Part shown: in pieces, positions 1 to 11,979 of the stretch
Layout of the letters: the number at the start of each line of letters is the position of its first letter
How positions within the stretch are numbered: position 1 is the stretch's first letter
Source: Roseibacillus sp.
Lineage (GTDB): Bacteria; Verrucomicrobiota; Verrucomicrobiia; Verrucomicrobiales; Akkermansiaceae
Length of the DNA stretch: 64,000 bases
Direction of reading: 5' to 3'
NCBI GenBank assembly: GCA_051251855.1
Contig: JBPOGI010000001.1
Coordinates: 416,001 to 480,000, forward strand
Position numbers and translations under genes: made by a program
Notes under the pieces: model-generated
What the model was told of the DNA's origin: nothing
Databases searched by the model: none
The model's input: only the letters and a program-made list of their open reading frames with translations

Positions 1-665
1 AGCTGTGAAACCTCGCCTGCTTTGACATTCGCTTCCACCAGCTTGAGGGTTTCGGCCTGCGCATCACGGTTCGCTTCGGCGACTGTGAGACGCGATTGAT
101 AGGTGCGGATTTCGGTGTAGTTGAGAGCGACCTCCGCGAGAAGGGTCACCCGGACATCGCCATAGGATTCCATTTTGGCTTCGACGTTGGCGTTGGCTGC
201 TTCTGCTTGTCTGCGAATGCCGCCAAAGAGATCGAGTTCCCATCCGGCGTCGAAGCCTCCCGAGTAGACGGTTCCTGTTGGATAGGGGGTTCGTGCCGTT
301 TGACTGAATTCGGTGCGAATGACATCACCGCTGGCGTTGATGGTAGGGAATTTTGCACTCCCAGCGACGATGCGCTGAGCGCGGGCTTCCATGAGTCTGG
401 AAGCTGCCGCTTTCAGGCTCAGGTTTCCCGCGATGGCTCGGTTGACCAGATTCGTGAGCTGGCGATCATCAAACGTTTTCCACCATCCATTGAGTGCCTT
501 CTTGTCGAGAGGTCCTGCATAGGGACCATTGCTCCCGACACCATTCCAACTGCCTGGGGTCTTGATATCTGGTTCCTTGTAATCCTTCCCCACCGTGCAA
601 CCTGCGAGAAGAGCGGTAGCGACCAGTTGCGGAACGCGCCGAGTCGGAATGATCTTCAAAAGCAT
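1..665 (-). CDS. RND efflux outer-membrane lipoprotein (NodT/OprM family), 3' part runs off window
   Basis: Not in ORF track. Manual translation from ATG at 665: MLLKIIPTRRVPQLVATALLAG|CTVGKDYKEP (lipobox), ...WWKTFDD..L..LV..A..GN.SL..A..RL.EARA..., WELDLFGGIRRQAEAA. Confidence 0.88.
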   Translation of the reverse strand, partial: MLLKIIPTRRVPQLVATALLAGCTVGKDYKEPDIKTPGSWNGVGSNGPYAGPLDKKALNGWWKTFDDRQLTNLVNRAIAGNLSLKAAASRLMEARAQRIVAGSAKFPTINASGDVIRTEFSQTARTPYPTGTVYSGGFDAGWELDLFGGIRRQAEAANANVEAKMESYGDVRVTLLAEVALNYTEIRTYQSRLTVAEANRDAQAETLKLVEANVKAGEVSQ

Positions 666-878
666 GTGCTGACCTTGGGAGACGACAAGAGAATCCGCAC
701 CGCAGATATTGCCATTTACTAGGCTCGTATTTGCCGGATTGCAGATTATGGACTGTCATTAGGCCTCGATTGGCAACTCTCCGGATATACGCTCCGCATT
801 TTGGGGGGGAAGGAGCCTCCTTTGGGATGAGTTGCTATGAAGATAGCTTGAAAACTAATTAGCAGAGCGCCAGAAGGC

Positions 879-1742
879 TCAGCGTGCTCCGAATCCGGCG
901 ATGAGATCGAAGAGTTCTTCGTCGATGGTGGTTTGGCGCTGATGATTGTAGTCGAGGCTGAGAAGTTGTTGACGATCGTTGATGTTCTTCTCGGCGAGCT
1001 GCATCGCGACCAGACGGGCGGCGTGCTCGGCAGCGCACGATTCGGCGCAGCTTCGAAAAATTGAGGTGAAAAGATATTCGCGGATGAGAGTGGCAAGATC
1101 GTCAGAAGGGTCGCCAAGCATTTCTGGTAAAAGCTTCGTCGGCCAAGGAAGTGTGAGGGTCTTTTTCCTCCACTGTTCATCGAGAGGGAGAAGCTGATGA
1201 ACGTGTTGTTCGTATGAGCCTCTGACGATGGGATGATTGTGTGAAAGGAATACGGCTCCTACTTCATTGCGCTCTCTGGAGTCTTCCATTTTGAGGAGGA
1301 TTTCTGTTACCAATGAGGTAATCGCCTCCACTGAACTTGGAGTCTGGAAAACATGAGCCACGGGAATTCCGGCATTTTCTAGTCTCATCTGCACGCGTTC
1401 GCCTACTGCCCAGATGACGGGGGATGGGACTGCTTTCTGGGTGAGTTGAACGACCTCATCCACGAGTCGCTCGTTGAATTGTCCCACCATGCCTTGATCG
1501 GTTCCGAGAACTAGGAAGCCGCTTGGAAGGGCTTCGCTCTGGTTCAATGGTGCGGGTTGGGTGGATCTCAGGCAGAGGGAGAGAGCGAGTTCGACAGTGT
1601 GATAGTAGTCGCTGAGAGCAACCGTGGCCTCTTCAAAGGAAGTGATGCTTGCTGCTGACATCGCTTTCATTGTCTTGACGACGCTGCTAAGGTCATCGGT
1701 GCTCTTGATGCGACGCCGTATCTCGATGAGTGTCTCTCCCAT
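879..1742 (-). CDS. atpG: N-type ATPase gamma subunit
   Basis: SVVKTMKAMSAA, DQG.VGQFN, EHAARLVAMQ.AEKNI, RQTTIDEELFDLIAG; start at MGETL chosen because it lies just downstream of the atpA stop. Confidence 0.93.
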   Translation of the reverse strand: MGETLIEIRRRIKSTDDLSSVVKTMKAMSAASITSFEEATVALSDYYHTVELALSLCLRSTQPAPLNQSEALPSGFLVLGTDQGMVGQFNERLVDEVVQLTQKAVPSPVIWAVGERVQMRLENAGIPVAHVFQTPSSVEAITSLVTEILLKMEDSRERNEVGAVFLSHNHPIVRGSYEQHVHQLLPLDEQWRKKTLTLPWPTKLLPEMLGDPSDDLATLIREYLFTSIFRSCAESCAAEHAARLVAMQLAEKNINDRQQLLSLDYNHQRQTTIDEELFDLIAGFGAR

Positions 1743-1746
1743 AGGT

Positions 1747-3270
1747 TCAGATTGTTTTGAGTTCGCTTTCCACGATTTGGGCAATGTTTGTTCGATCTTC
1801 GTTAGTGATTTTTTCCTGTGAAAGGAGACGTTTTGAAAGCTCGGGGGACAATGCTTGGACGGATCGTTTGACGGTGCTTTCTGCGTGCTCCATTTCTTCT
1901 AGGGGAATGCGATCGAAAAGACCTTCTGTGAGGGCGATGAGAATGGTGATTTGTTCGAGGGTCGTGAGAGGGGAAAACTCTGACTGAAGAAGGATTGCGC
2001 GAATCCGGCGGCCCCGTTCCAGAATCGCTCGGGTCCGGTCATCCAGCCTGGTGCCGAAGCGTGCGAAGACTTCCATTTCTTCAAATTGCGCGTAGGCGAG
2101 TTTGAGAGGACCGGAGAGTTGGTGAAAGACCTTGAGCTGTGCCTTGCCTCCGACGCGTGAAACGGACTTTCCAATGTCGATGGCTGGGAGTTGCCCAAGT
2201 TCAAAGAGGCGCGGGGAAAGGTAAAGTTGGCCATCAGTGATAGAGATGAGGTTGGTGGGAATGTAGTCCGATAGGTTTTCAGCTTCGGTTTGAATGATGG
2301 GCAAGGCTGTTAGGGAACCTCCGCCTAAATCATCGGCAAGATGAGTCGAGCGCTCCAAAAGTCGGGAATGGATGTAGAAGATGTCACCAGGAAAGGCCTC
2401 GCGACCGGGCGGTCGGCGAAGGAGCAGTGAGAGCTCACGGTAGGCCCGTGCGTGATGGGTCAAGTCATCATAGACGATGAGCACGTCGTGTCCTTTTTCC
2501 ATGAAGTGTTCCGCAATGGAGGTTGCGGCATAAGGCGCGAGAAAGCGCAGTCCTGGTGGATCATTGCCCTCTGTTACAACGACGACGGTGTAGTCCATCG
2601 CTCCCTGTTCACGCAGGGACTCGATCGCTCTTGCTACGGAGGAAGTGCGCTGCCCAATCGAGCAGTAAATGCAAATGACATCCTGATCGCGTTGGTTAGC
2701 GATAGCATCCAGAGCGATGGCGGTTTTTCCCGTCTGCCGGTCTCCGAGAATGAGCTGACGCTGACCACGACCAATGGGAACCAAGGCGTCAATGACCTTG
2801 ATTCCGGTCTGTAGTGGCACGGTCACAGGAACGCGGTCCATGATGTGGGGCGAAGGGCGCTCAATGGGGAGACGGTCCGTGGTCTTAGGAGGAGCAAGAT
2901 CATCGAGGGGATTTCCCAACGAGTCGATGACTCGGCCCAGCAATTCGTCTCCTACCGGGATGTCAATGACGCGGCCCGTGCGCTCGACCTCGGTGCCATT
3001 CAGGACTTGAGAGCTTTCGCAGAGTAGGACAATGCCATTGTCCTCTTCATCGATGTTGAAAGCGATGCCATAGGCTCCTCCTTCAAATCGCACCAGTTCG
3101 TCATAGCCGAGACCTGGCAGGCCGGAAACCTGAGCGACTCCAGTAGTCACTGTGTGCACGATGCCGACCTCACGGACTTCCATCCGGTGCGTGAAGGAGT
3201 CGCGAGCCTGGGCTAAATCCGCGAGGGAATCACGCAGGGGCAAGAACGGGCTGTTGAGTTGATGGGGCAT
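1747..3270 (-). CDS. atpA: N-type ATPase alpha subunit
   Basis: GDRQTGKT Walker A, PPGREAFPGDIFYIHSRLLERS, ITDGQLYL; start uncertain (3270 or 3315). Confidence 0.95.
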   Translation of the reverse strand: MPHQLNSPFLPLRDSLADLAQARDSFTHRMEVREVGIVHTVTTGVAQVSGLPGLGYDELVRFEGGAYGIAFNIDEEDNGIVLLCESSQVLNGTEVERTGRVIDIPVGDELLGRVIDSLGNPLDDLAPPKTTDRLPIERPSPHIMDRVPVTVPLQTGIKVIDALVPIGRGQRQLILGDRQTGKTAIALDAIANQRDQDVICIYCSIGQRTSSVARAIESLREQGAMDYTVVVVTEGNDPPGLRFLAPYAATSIAEHFMEKGHDVLIVYDDLTHHARAYRELSLLLRRPPGREAFPGDIFYIHSRLLERSTHLADDLGGGSLTALPIIQTEAENLSDYIPTNLISITDGQLYLSPRLFELGQLPAIDIGKSVSRVGGKAQLKVFHQLSGPLKLAYAQFEEMEVFARFGTRLDDRTRAILERGRRIRAILLQSEFSPLTTLEQITILIALTEGLFDRIPLEEMEHAESTVKRSVQALSPELSKRLLSQEKITNEDRTNIAQIVESELKTI

Positions 3271-4036
3271 CTTTGGGAGTTTTGGTCTGCAGAAGATTGT
3301 TGAGGCAGGTTTCAAGAGACCTCAAATAGTCCTTGATGGTCCAAGTGATTTTCTGTCCATCGACAGCCAGTTCGATTCCAAAACCGAGCGATGAACTCGT
3401 TTCAAATTTCAAGGGAACCTTGCCCAGAATTTTAGTAACGGAATCTTCCAGAAGCATTTGGTCATCCTTCGTCAGTTCAAAGGTGCTGCGGATCAGAGCG
3501 GGGAGCTCTACAGACTCTTTCAAAGATTCGCGCAGACGTTTCTTTTCGTCTTCCCTTAGGTCAGTGAGACGTTGGCAGAATTTGTGAGCCATGCGTTGCT
3601 GGAGTTCGCTGTCGGCGAGGTCGTTGAGGAGTCGCTGGGAAATAGCGATCACTTCCGCTCGTGCGCTTCGTGACATTTCTTGCTGAAAGTCCTCTTTTTC
3701 GCGCTTAAGAGCTTCCTGATAACGAAGCCTTGCAGTCTCGAATTCCTCTCGAGCTTCTTTCAGGAGACGCTGGTGTTCCTTTTCAGCCTCGGTTTTGGCC
3801 TCCTTCAGGAAGGTCTCACGCTGCTGAGTAATCTCGGCATTCTTTTGCTCAAAACGAGCCCGTTCCTCCTGAGTTTTCTTCTTTTCATCGTTCGCTTCTA
3901 CAATCGTCTTTTGGATCTGTTCCTTTCTTTCAGACATTGCCTTGAGGATGGGCTTGTAGAGAAATCGCTTGAGAATCCAAACAAGGATGAAGAAGTTTAG
4001 GATTTGCGCGACAAAGGTAAACCAGTCGATGTTCAT
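3230..4036 (-). CDS. atpF: N-type ATPase b subunit with C-terminal delta-like extension
   Basis: MNIDWFTFVAQILNFFILVWILKRFLYKPI anchor, long coiled coil, C-terminal GIEL..DGQKITW. Confidence 0.92.
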   Translation of the reverse strand: MNIDWFTFVAQILNFFILVWILKRFLYKPILKAMSERKEQIQKTIVEANDEKKKTQEERARFEQKNAEITQQRETFLKEAKTEAEKEHQRLLKEAREEFETARLRYQEALKREKEDFQQEMSRSARAEVIAISQRLLNDLADSELQQRMAHKFCQRLTDLREDEKKRLRESLKESVELPALIRSTFELTKDDQMLLEDSVTKILGKVPLKFETSSSLGFGIELAVDGQKITWTIKDYLRSLETCLNNLLQTKTPKDAPSTQQPVLAPA

Positions 4037-4040
4037 AAGG

Positions 4041-4322
4041 CTACTTGTTGGCAGCTTCGGAAATCACGTGGTTCCAGAAGGGGTTTGCGAAAAGCAAAAT
4101 CATCGACACGACGAAGGCGTAGATGGCGAGTGATTCAATCATGGCGAGACCCACGAAGAGAGTCCTCGTGATGGTGCTGGCCGCGTCCGGTTGTTGGGCA
4201 ATGGAATTTAGGGCAGTTGCTACAGAACGGCCCTGACCAATGGCGGGGGCGATGCATCCTACAGCGGTTGAGAGGCTGGCTCCTGTGATCGAGATGAGCA
4301 TGGTGAGACTAGTGATGTCCAT
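4041..4322 (-). CDS. atpE: N-type ATPase c subunit
   Basis: Two-helix hairpin, AQQPDAA loop, GLAMIESLAIY, FANPFW tail typical of N-ATPase c. Confidence 0.95.
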   Translation of the reverse strand: MDITSLTMLISITGASLSTAVGCIAPAIGQGRSVATALNSIAQQPDAASTITRTLFVGLAMIESLAIYAFVVSMILLFANPFWNHVISEAANK

Positions 4323-4326
4323 TTTC

Positions 4327-5040
4327 TTAGTTGTTTTCAGGTTGGAGTGATTGATTGGTGATGAGGCTCTTGGGTTTGTGATCTGCAGTGGCGGCTGCGA
4401 TGTAGACGGTGGCCAGAATACTGAAAATGTAGGCCTGAATGATGCCCGTCAGTAGTTCCAAGGCGTGGAAGAGGATGGGGAAAAATAGGGGGGCGAGCGC
4501 GATCGTGATTCCCATAATCATCGCTCCGCTCATGATGTTTCCGAACAGCCTCACTGCCAGAGCGAGAGTCCGAGAAACCTCGCCGATGATATTGAAAGGG
4601 AGCATGATGAAGGTGGGTTCGAGGTAGGTTTTGAGATAGCCTGCAAGACCACTTGCTTGAATGCCAAAGAAGGGGACAGCCATGAAGACGCAGATCGCGA
4701 GGGCGGCGGTGGTGGAAAGTGACCCTGTGGGTGCTTCGTAACCGGGGATGATTGCGCAGATGTTCGCGGTGGTGATGAAGATAAAGAGGGTGCCGATAAA
4801 GGGAAGGTAGTGTTCGGTTTCTTCCAATCCGATTTCTCGGATCTGATCTTGGATTCCGGTGACGATGATTTCGAGAAAGTTCTGCCAAGGCGAGATTTCG
4901 AGCTCAGACGAAAGACGCCGTGTGATGACATAGGCACCGAGTCCGAGAGCCATCATGAGTCCCCAGGTCGTGACGATGGTGGCATTGAGCTTCGCAAAGC
5001 CATGCTCCCAGAAGACGGCTTCATCAGGACTCAATTGCAT
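4327..5040 (-). CDS. atpB: N-type ATPase a subunit
   Basis: PTGSLSTT, SRTLALAVRLFGN (essential Arg), IQAYIFSILATVY. Confidence 0.95.
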   Translation of the reverse strand: MQLSPDEAVFWEHGFAKLNATIVTTWGLMMALGLGAYVITRRLSSELEISPWQNFLEIIVTGIQDQIREIGLEETEHYLPFIGTLFIFITTANICAIIPGYEAPTGSLSTTAALAICVFMAVPFFGIQASGLAGYLKTYLEPTFIMLPFNIIGEVSRTLALAVRLFGNIMSGAMIMGITIALAPLFFPILFHALELLTGIIQAYIFSILATVYIAAATADHKPKSLITNQSLQPENN

Positions 5041-5317
5041 GTTTCAAATCCTTTCCACGAGTGAAGTGAAAAATAATGACTCGGGAGATGACAAATCCTA
5101 CGAGGCAGGCAGCCATGGAGGAAAACTGACCCTTGCCCACCCAGTAGAAGGCTCCCAATACGATGGCAGTTCGGGCAAGGAAACTGAGTGGCAGCCAAAG
5201 AGCTGGGTATCTACACGTCGCAATTTGCTGAGTAGTAAACCAGAGGCCTCCAAAGAAGATGAGGCCAACAAGGACCCCGACGGAGGCGGCCACAGTAAGA
5301 TTTAGGAATTCATTCAT
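5024..5317 (-). CDS. atpR: N-ATPase AtpR membrane subunit
   Basis: FFGGLWFT, SFLAR, GF..SR; position between atpQ and atpB. Confidence 0.85.
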   Translation of the reverse strand: MNEFLNLTVAASVGVLVGLIFFGGLWFTTQQIATCRYPALWLPLSFLARTAIVLGAFYWVGKGQFSSMAACLVGFVISRVIIFHFTRGKDLKHAIES

Positions 5318-5613
5318 TGTTAGATTCTTGTTCAGAATTGATGCTGCATTGTTCTTTGAAAATCCAGTGCCCCGCATTGAAGCAACCGACCATCAGGCCG
5401 GCAATCAGGAGAGCGAGTGTCCACGAGCGTTCTTCAGGTTGTGCAGAGTCCAGCCAGCGTCCAGCGGCGGCACCGATTAAAGTGGGAACGACGATGGACC
5501 AGCCAATTAACCCAAAGAAGCCAAAGCCCTGCCAAATGCTACGCATTCTGTTGCGTTTCGCCTTCAGCATGCGCTCTTCGCGGAGGCCGATCTCACGAGT
5601 GATGGGTGAGGGA

Positions 5614-5621
<8 letters not shown>
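5310..5621 (-). CDS. atpQ: N-ATPase AtpQ (AtpZ/AtpI family)
   Basis: FGLIGWSIVVPTLIG..AGRWLD, GC.NA.HW. Confidence 0.87.
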
Positions 5622-7415
<1,794 letters not shown>

Positions 7416-7455
7416 CTAGCCTTTCGACGAATGGGGACCGCGCGGATGTTGCTGA

Positions 7456-9492
7456 CTATTGTGTGTGTATTGCCCGGTCCTGAATCTTGACTCTTTCTAG
7501 GACGGCAATGGAGCGAGAGCGAACGGTCTGGAAGGGCGATGAGACGGAAGCATTCGATATCTTGGGTTCTGCGGTATCTATCACTCGTCTCCATTCTTCA
7601 GGTAGTCCCTCGTGGATTCCAAAATCAAGATCTGAAGTGCCAAGATTGATCATGACGTAGAGGTCGTGATCATTCTCAGATGATCCGTGGAGGCAGTAGG
7701 CAAGTTGGCGGGACTCCCAAGAGAGGTCTGGGGCGTGTTCCACCCCATACCAATGAATGTCTTCTCTCCAGAATCGTGAGCGACTGATGGAAGGGTGGGA
7801 CCTTCGGAAGTGAATCATCTTTTTGAAGAAGTAGTAGAAGTCCGAGTGACGATTCAGATCCTCCCAATCCAGCCAACTGGTCTCGTTGTCCTGATTATAG
7901 GGGTTGCTGTTGCCGGATTGGGAGTTGAGGAACTCGTCACCCATACGGAACATGGGAACGCCATTGGAGAGCATGAGGAGGCAGACCATGTTTCTGGCCT
8001 GCTGATGGCGCAGCTCAAGATTACCATCACAATCCCAACTGAAGTCGTCGTGACCATCTTGATTGTTGTGCCCGTTCGCCCAGTTGTCTTTCTGGTTGTA
8101 GGACACGAGATCCTGCAGAGTAAAGCCGTCGTGCGAGGCATAGAAGTTGATGCTTTGGTAGGCATGACAGGCTTCCATTCGGGTGTCGGGGAAAAGGTCG
8201 GCGCTGCCATAGAGACGCGTCATGAGATCGCCCACTATGGAGGCATCGCCTCTAACAGACTTTTGTAGAGTGTCTCGATAGGCTCCATTCCATTGCATCC
8301 AAAGAGTGCCTGGGAAGCGTTGGCCGAGTTGGTAAAGACCACCGGCATCCCAAGGTTCCGCAATGAGTCGGATCTTCGCGAGTTCAGGCTGAGAGGTGAT
8401 TTCGCCAAAGATGGGGGCTTCCAAGACAGAGATCGAGCCATCGGAACTTCGCGTAAAGATTGAGGCGAGATCGAAGCGAAATCCGTCCACTCCGCCGCGG
8501 GTCGCCCAGTGGCGAAGGCTATCGATGATAAGATGGCGGACGGCTCGGTTTTGGGTGTGGAGGGTATTTCCCGCTCCGGTATAGTTGGCATAGGGAGCGT
8601 TCGGCTCTCCAGTCATCATATAATAGGTGGAGCTGTCGATTCCTCTGAAGCTGTAGGTGGGACCTTCTTGGGTCGACTCGGTCGTGTGATTGTAGACCAC
8701 ATCAAGGATGACCTCGATGCCAGCCTCATGGAGGGCGTCGACCATTTCACGAAACTCCGCGAACTGTTGGCAAAGGTGGGGGGAGATAGAGTATTCGTTG
8801 TGAGGGGCAAAAAAATTGAGAGGCATGTATCCCCAGTAGTTTCCTTCGTCCGGATCGAACTGGAAGATGGGCATCAATTCGACAGCGGTGACTCCCAAAT
8901 CAAGCAAGTGGGGGATCTTCTCAATGACCCCGGAGTATGTGCCGCGTTTCTCTGAGTTCACCCCAGAGCTGTCGTGAACAGTGAATCCACGGACATGCAT
9001 CTCATAGATGATGAGTTCTGATTCGGAAAGTGAAGGACGAATAGGTTTCTTGGCAGGTTCGTCGCAGCATCGACATTCCAATGCTGCGAGAGGAGCACGA
9101 CCGAGATTGGAGCCCGGCAGCGTGGCTGCTGCACGACAGAAATCAGGCGGGAAAAAGACATGAGCTGCGTATGGATCAAGGAGGAGTTTTTCAAAATCGA
9201 AATCATGCTGAGAAAACCCAGAGGCGGGGTTCGGTCCTTCGACCCGATAGGCATAGTAGGCGGCTCCTACAGTGTTAGCTACGATGCAATGCCAAATCGG
9301 ACCCGACTTGTTCTTATGGTAGTCGAGTTCGATTTCTTCAACCGGATGATAGAAGTCATCTGCGCTAAAGAAGAGTAGAACGACGCGCTCGGCATGCTTC
9401 GAATACAGCGCAAAATTGTAGCACTGTGTATCTTCCATCCGCGAGACTCCTAATGGAAACGGGCGGCCTTCCGTATCGGGTGACGGCTTCAT
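7456..9492 (-). CDS. glgX: Glycogen debranching enzyme / isoamylase (GH13)
   Basis: NYWGY, DVVYNHT, GFRFDLAS, AEPWD, HDGFTL catalytic motifs. Confidence 0.92.
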   Translation of the reverse strand: MKPSPDTEGRPFPLGVSRMEDTQCYNFALYSKHAERVVLLFFSADDFYHPVEEIELDYHKNKSGPIWHCIVANTVGAAYYAYRVEGPNPASGFSQHDFDFEKLLLDPYAAHVFFPPDFCRAAATLPGSNLGRAPLAALECRCCDEPAKKPIRPSLSESELIIYEMHVRGFTVHDSSGVNSEKRGTYSGVIEKIPHLLDLGVTAVELMPIFQFDPDEGNYWGYMPLNFFAPHNEYSISPHLCQQFAEFREMVDALHEAGIEVILDVVYNHTTESTQEGPTYSFRGIDSSTYYMMTGEPNAPYANYTGAGNTLHTQNRAVRHLIIDSLRHWATRGGVDGFRFDLASIFTRSSDGSISVLEAPIFGEITSQPELAKIRLIAEPWDAGGLYQLGQRFPGTLWMQWNGAYRDTLQKSVRGDASIVGDLMTRLYGSADLFPDTRMEACHAYQSINFYASHDGFTLQDLVSYNQKDNWANGHNNQDGHDDFSWDCDGNLELRHQQARNMVCLLMLSNGVPMFRMGDEFLNSQSGNSNPYNQDNETSWLDWEDLNRHSDFYYFFKKMIHFRRSHPSISRSRFWREDIHWYGVEHAPDLSWESRQLAYCLHGSSENDHDLYVMINLGTSDLDFGIHEGLPEEWRRVIDTAEPKISNASVSSPFQTVRSRSIAVLERVKIQDRAIHTQ

Positions 9493-9537
9493 GAACTGGA
9501 ATAGGAGGCTTCGTGGCGAAGGGGATCCGATATGGAA

Positions 9538-11979
9538 TCACGATTCATGATGCGCGGTCGCGGCTGATTTTTGCGCCTCCGCCTTCGCCATATTCTGCCT
9601 CGCTTTCAGGACGCTATCAGGGGTCAGCGAAATAGAGTCGATGCCTTGCTCGACTAAGAATTCTACAAATTCGGGGTAGTCGCTGGGGGCTTGGCCGCAG
9701 ATGCCGACTGGGGTGTGATGCTCGTGTGCTGTTTTGATGAGCTGGGCTATCATGCTTTTGACGGCGGGATCGCGCTCGTCAAAAATGTGTGAGAGGCGAG
9801 CGGAATCGCGATCGCAACCGAGGACGAGTTGGGTCAGATCGTTGGAGCCAATCGAAAAGCCGTCGAAGCGTTCGCAGAATTCCCTCGCTAGAATGATGTT
9901 ACTGGGAATCTCGGCCATGATGTAGATTTTGAGATCGTCTCTTCCTCGCTTGAGACCGTTTTCAGCCATGAGGGAGCGGACTTGATAGGCTTCTTCGAGG
10001 GTGCGGCAGAAGGGAATCATCACAATAATATTTGTGAAGCCCATCTGGGTGCGAGCCTTCTTGATAGCGGCACATTCGAGTTCGAAACCCGGACGATAGT
10101 CGTCACTATAGTATCGAGAGGCACCGCGGAATCCGAGCATGGGGTTATCCTCGTCGGGTTCGAATTGGGTACCACCGAGGAGGTGGGCGTATTCGTTGCT
10201 CTTGAAGTCACTCAGCCGCACCACGACGGGCTTGGGATATTGCGTTGCGGCAATCGTTGCGATACCAGAGGCCAAGGTCTCGATGAAAAATTCGGAGGGG
10301 CTGGAGAAGTCTTTCGTGAGCTCCTTAACTTCATCTTTAAGCGATTGATCGGCGAGTTCATCGAAACAAGCAAGAGCCATGGGATGAGCTTTGATGTGGT
10401 TGTTGATGATGAACTCCATACGGGCGAGGCCAATGCCGTCGGAGGGGAGTCGCCACCAATGCATCGCTGCTTCAGGACTAGCGATGTTGAGCATGACTTT
10501 CGTTGTTGTCTCAGGGATGTCGGTGAGAGATGTTTCGCTCTCCTCGAATGGCACGAGTCCAGGATAGACTCGGCCTTCTTGGCCCGAGGTGCAATCGACG
10601 GTAACGGGGTCGCCGGGTTTGATTGTCTGAGTGGCATTGCCGGTACCGATGATGGCTGGGACGTCGAGTTCTCGACTCACAATGGCGGCATGGCTGGTGC
10701 GACCTCCTTGGTCCGTGATGATGGCGGAGGCCTTGCGCATGAGGGGGACCCAGTCGGGATCGGTTTGGGCGGCGACGAGGATTTGTCCTTCTTGGAATTG
10801 GTCGGCATCGGCAAGGCTTTTGAGAACGATGGCAGGACCGCTCGCTATCCGGTTACCGATGGCGAGCCCTTTGACGAGGGCGGGCGGGGCCTTCTCTTTC
10901 AGATGGTAGCTTCGGATAGTGGTAGTGTCCTTTTGCGATTGTACCGTTTCTGGACGCGCTTGGACGATAAAGAGTTCTTGGGTATCACCATCAAGTGCCC
11001 ACTCGATGTCCATAGCTCTGCCATAGTGCTGTTCGATTTGGGTGGCCCATTGCGCCAGTTGGAGAACTTTGTCGTCATCGATACAGTAACGAGTCTGTTC
11101 ATCGTGCGAGGTTCGGATGATGCGGACGGGATTACTCGGCTCTTCACTGTAAACCATTTTACATTCTTTGGAGCCCAGCTTGTGCTGAATGATGGGTCGG
11201 AATTCCTCGTGATCTAACAAGGGCTTGAAGACTCGAAACTCATCGGGAGTCACGGAGCCTTGCACGATGGTTTCGCCGAGACCGTAGGCCGCATTGATGA
11301 CGACCAGATTCGGGAACCCGGTCTCGGTATCAATGGTGAACATCACGCCGGAGCAGCCTCGGTCCGAGTGGATCATCTTTTGAACGCCGACAGAGAGCGC
11401 GACTGCTTCGTGTGCAAAGCCCTTTTGCTCACGATAGCTAATCGCACGCTCGGTATAGAGGGAGGAGAAGCACTGGATGACGGTAGCGAGTAGTTGTGAT
11501 TCTCCCGCAATGTTGAGATAGCTTTCGTGTTGTCCCGCGAAGCTGGCATTAGGGAGATCCTCGGCAGTCGCACTGCTGCGGACTGCGACATCGGTTGCCG
11601 TGGTGTTGTCTTTGGCAGAGAGTGCGGCGTAGCAAGTTTTGATCTGATCGGAGAGTTCGGCCGGCAACTGAGCCTTTTGAAAAAGAGCGCGTATTCTTTG
11701 TGAGGTATCGGCTAGCGAGATGTCTTTTTGGGAATGTTGGGAGAGGAGCTTGGTGATAGGGCTCTCGAGAGCGTTGTGCTTGAGAAAGAAGCGATAGCCT
11801 TCGGCAGTCACGGCGAAGCCGTCGGGAACGTCAATCCCCTTGGGTTGCAGAGAGTGGACGAGTTCTCCGAGGGAGGCGTTCTTTCCGCCTACGATCGGAA
11901 CGTCATTATTGGTGATGTCTTTGAACCAACGGACGAGCGCGGTTTTGCTGAATGGCTTTGGTGGGGTAGCTGTCTTCAT
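9538..11979 (-). CDS. ppsA: Phosphoenolpyruvate synthase
   Basis: VGGKNASLGE, AVRSSATAEDL, GGRTSHAAIVSRE (phospho-His), IGSNDLTQL, GICGQAPSD; ATG overlaps upstream stop (ATGA). Confidence 0.96.
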   Translation of the reverse strand: MKTATPPKPFSKTALVRWFKDITNNDVPIVGGKNASLGELVHSLQPKGIDVPDGFAVTAEGYRFFLKHNALESPITKLLSQHSQKDISLADTSQRIRALFQKAQLPAELSDQIKTCYAALSAKDNTTATDVAVRSSATAEDLPNASFAGQHESYLNIAGESQLLATVIQCFSSLYTERAISYREQKGFAHEAVALSVGVQKMIHSDRGCSGVMFTIDTETGFPNLVVINAAYGLGETIVQGSVTPDEFRVFKPLLDHEEFRPIIQHKLGSKECKMVYSEEPSNPVRIIRTSHDEQTRYCIDDDKVLQLAQWATQIEQHYGRAMDIEWALDGDTQELFIVQARPETVQSQKDTTTIRSYHLKEKAPPALVKGLAIGNRIASGPAIVLKSLADADQFQEGQILVAAQTDPDWVPLMRKASAIITDQGGRTSHAAIVSRELDVPAIIGTGNATQTIKPGDPVTVDCTSGQEGRVYPGLVPFEESETSLTDIPETTTKVMLNIASPEAAMHWWRLPSDGIGLARMEFIINNHIKAHPMALACFDELADQSLKDEVKELTKDFSSPSEFFIETLASGIATIAATQYPKPVVVRLSDFKSNEYAHLLGGTQFEPDEDNPMLGFRGASRYYSDDYRPGFELECAAIKKARTQMGFTNIIVMIPFCRTLEEAYQVRSLMAENGLKRGRDDLKIYIMAEIPSNIILAREFCERFDGFSIGSNDLTQLVLGCDRDSARLSHIFDERDPAVKSMIAQLIKTAHEHHTPVGICGQAPSDYPEFVEFLVEQGIDSISLTPDSVLKARQNMAKAEAQKSAATAHHES

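Noticed and set aside
96..722. 208-aa plus-strand ORF in the track
   Set aside because: Antisense shadow of the minus-strand RND outer-membrane lipoprotein gene.
9982..11217. Long antisense or alternative-frame ORFs (this one, 27397-28845, 27372-28649, 50833-51852, 60305-61300 and others)
   Set aside because: They overlap well-identified genes and are expected from strong codon bias; no motifs.
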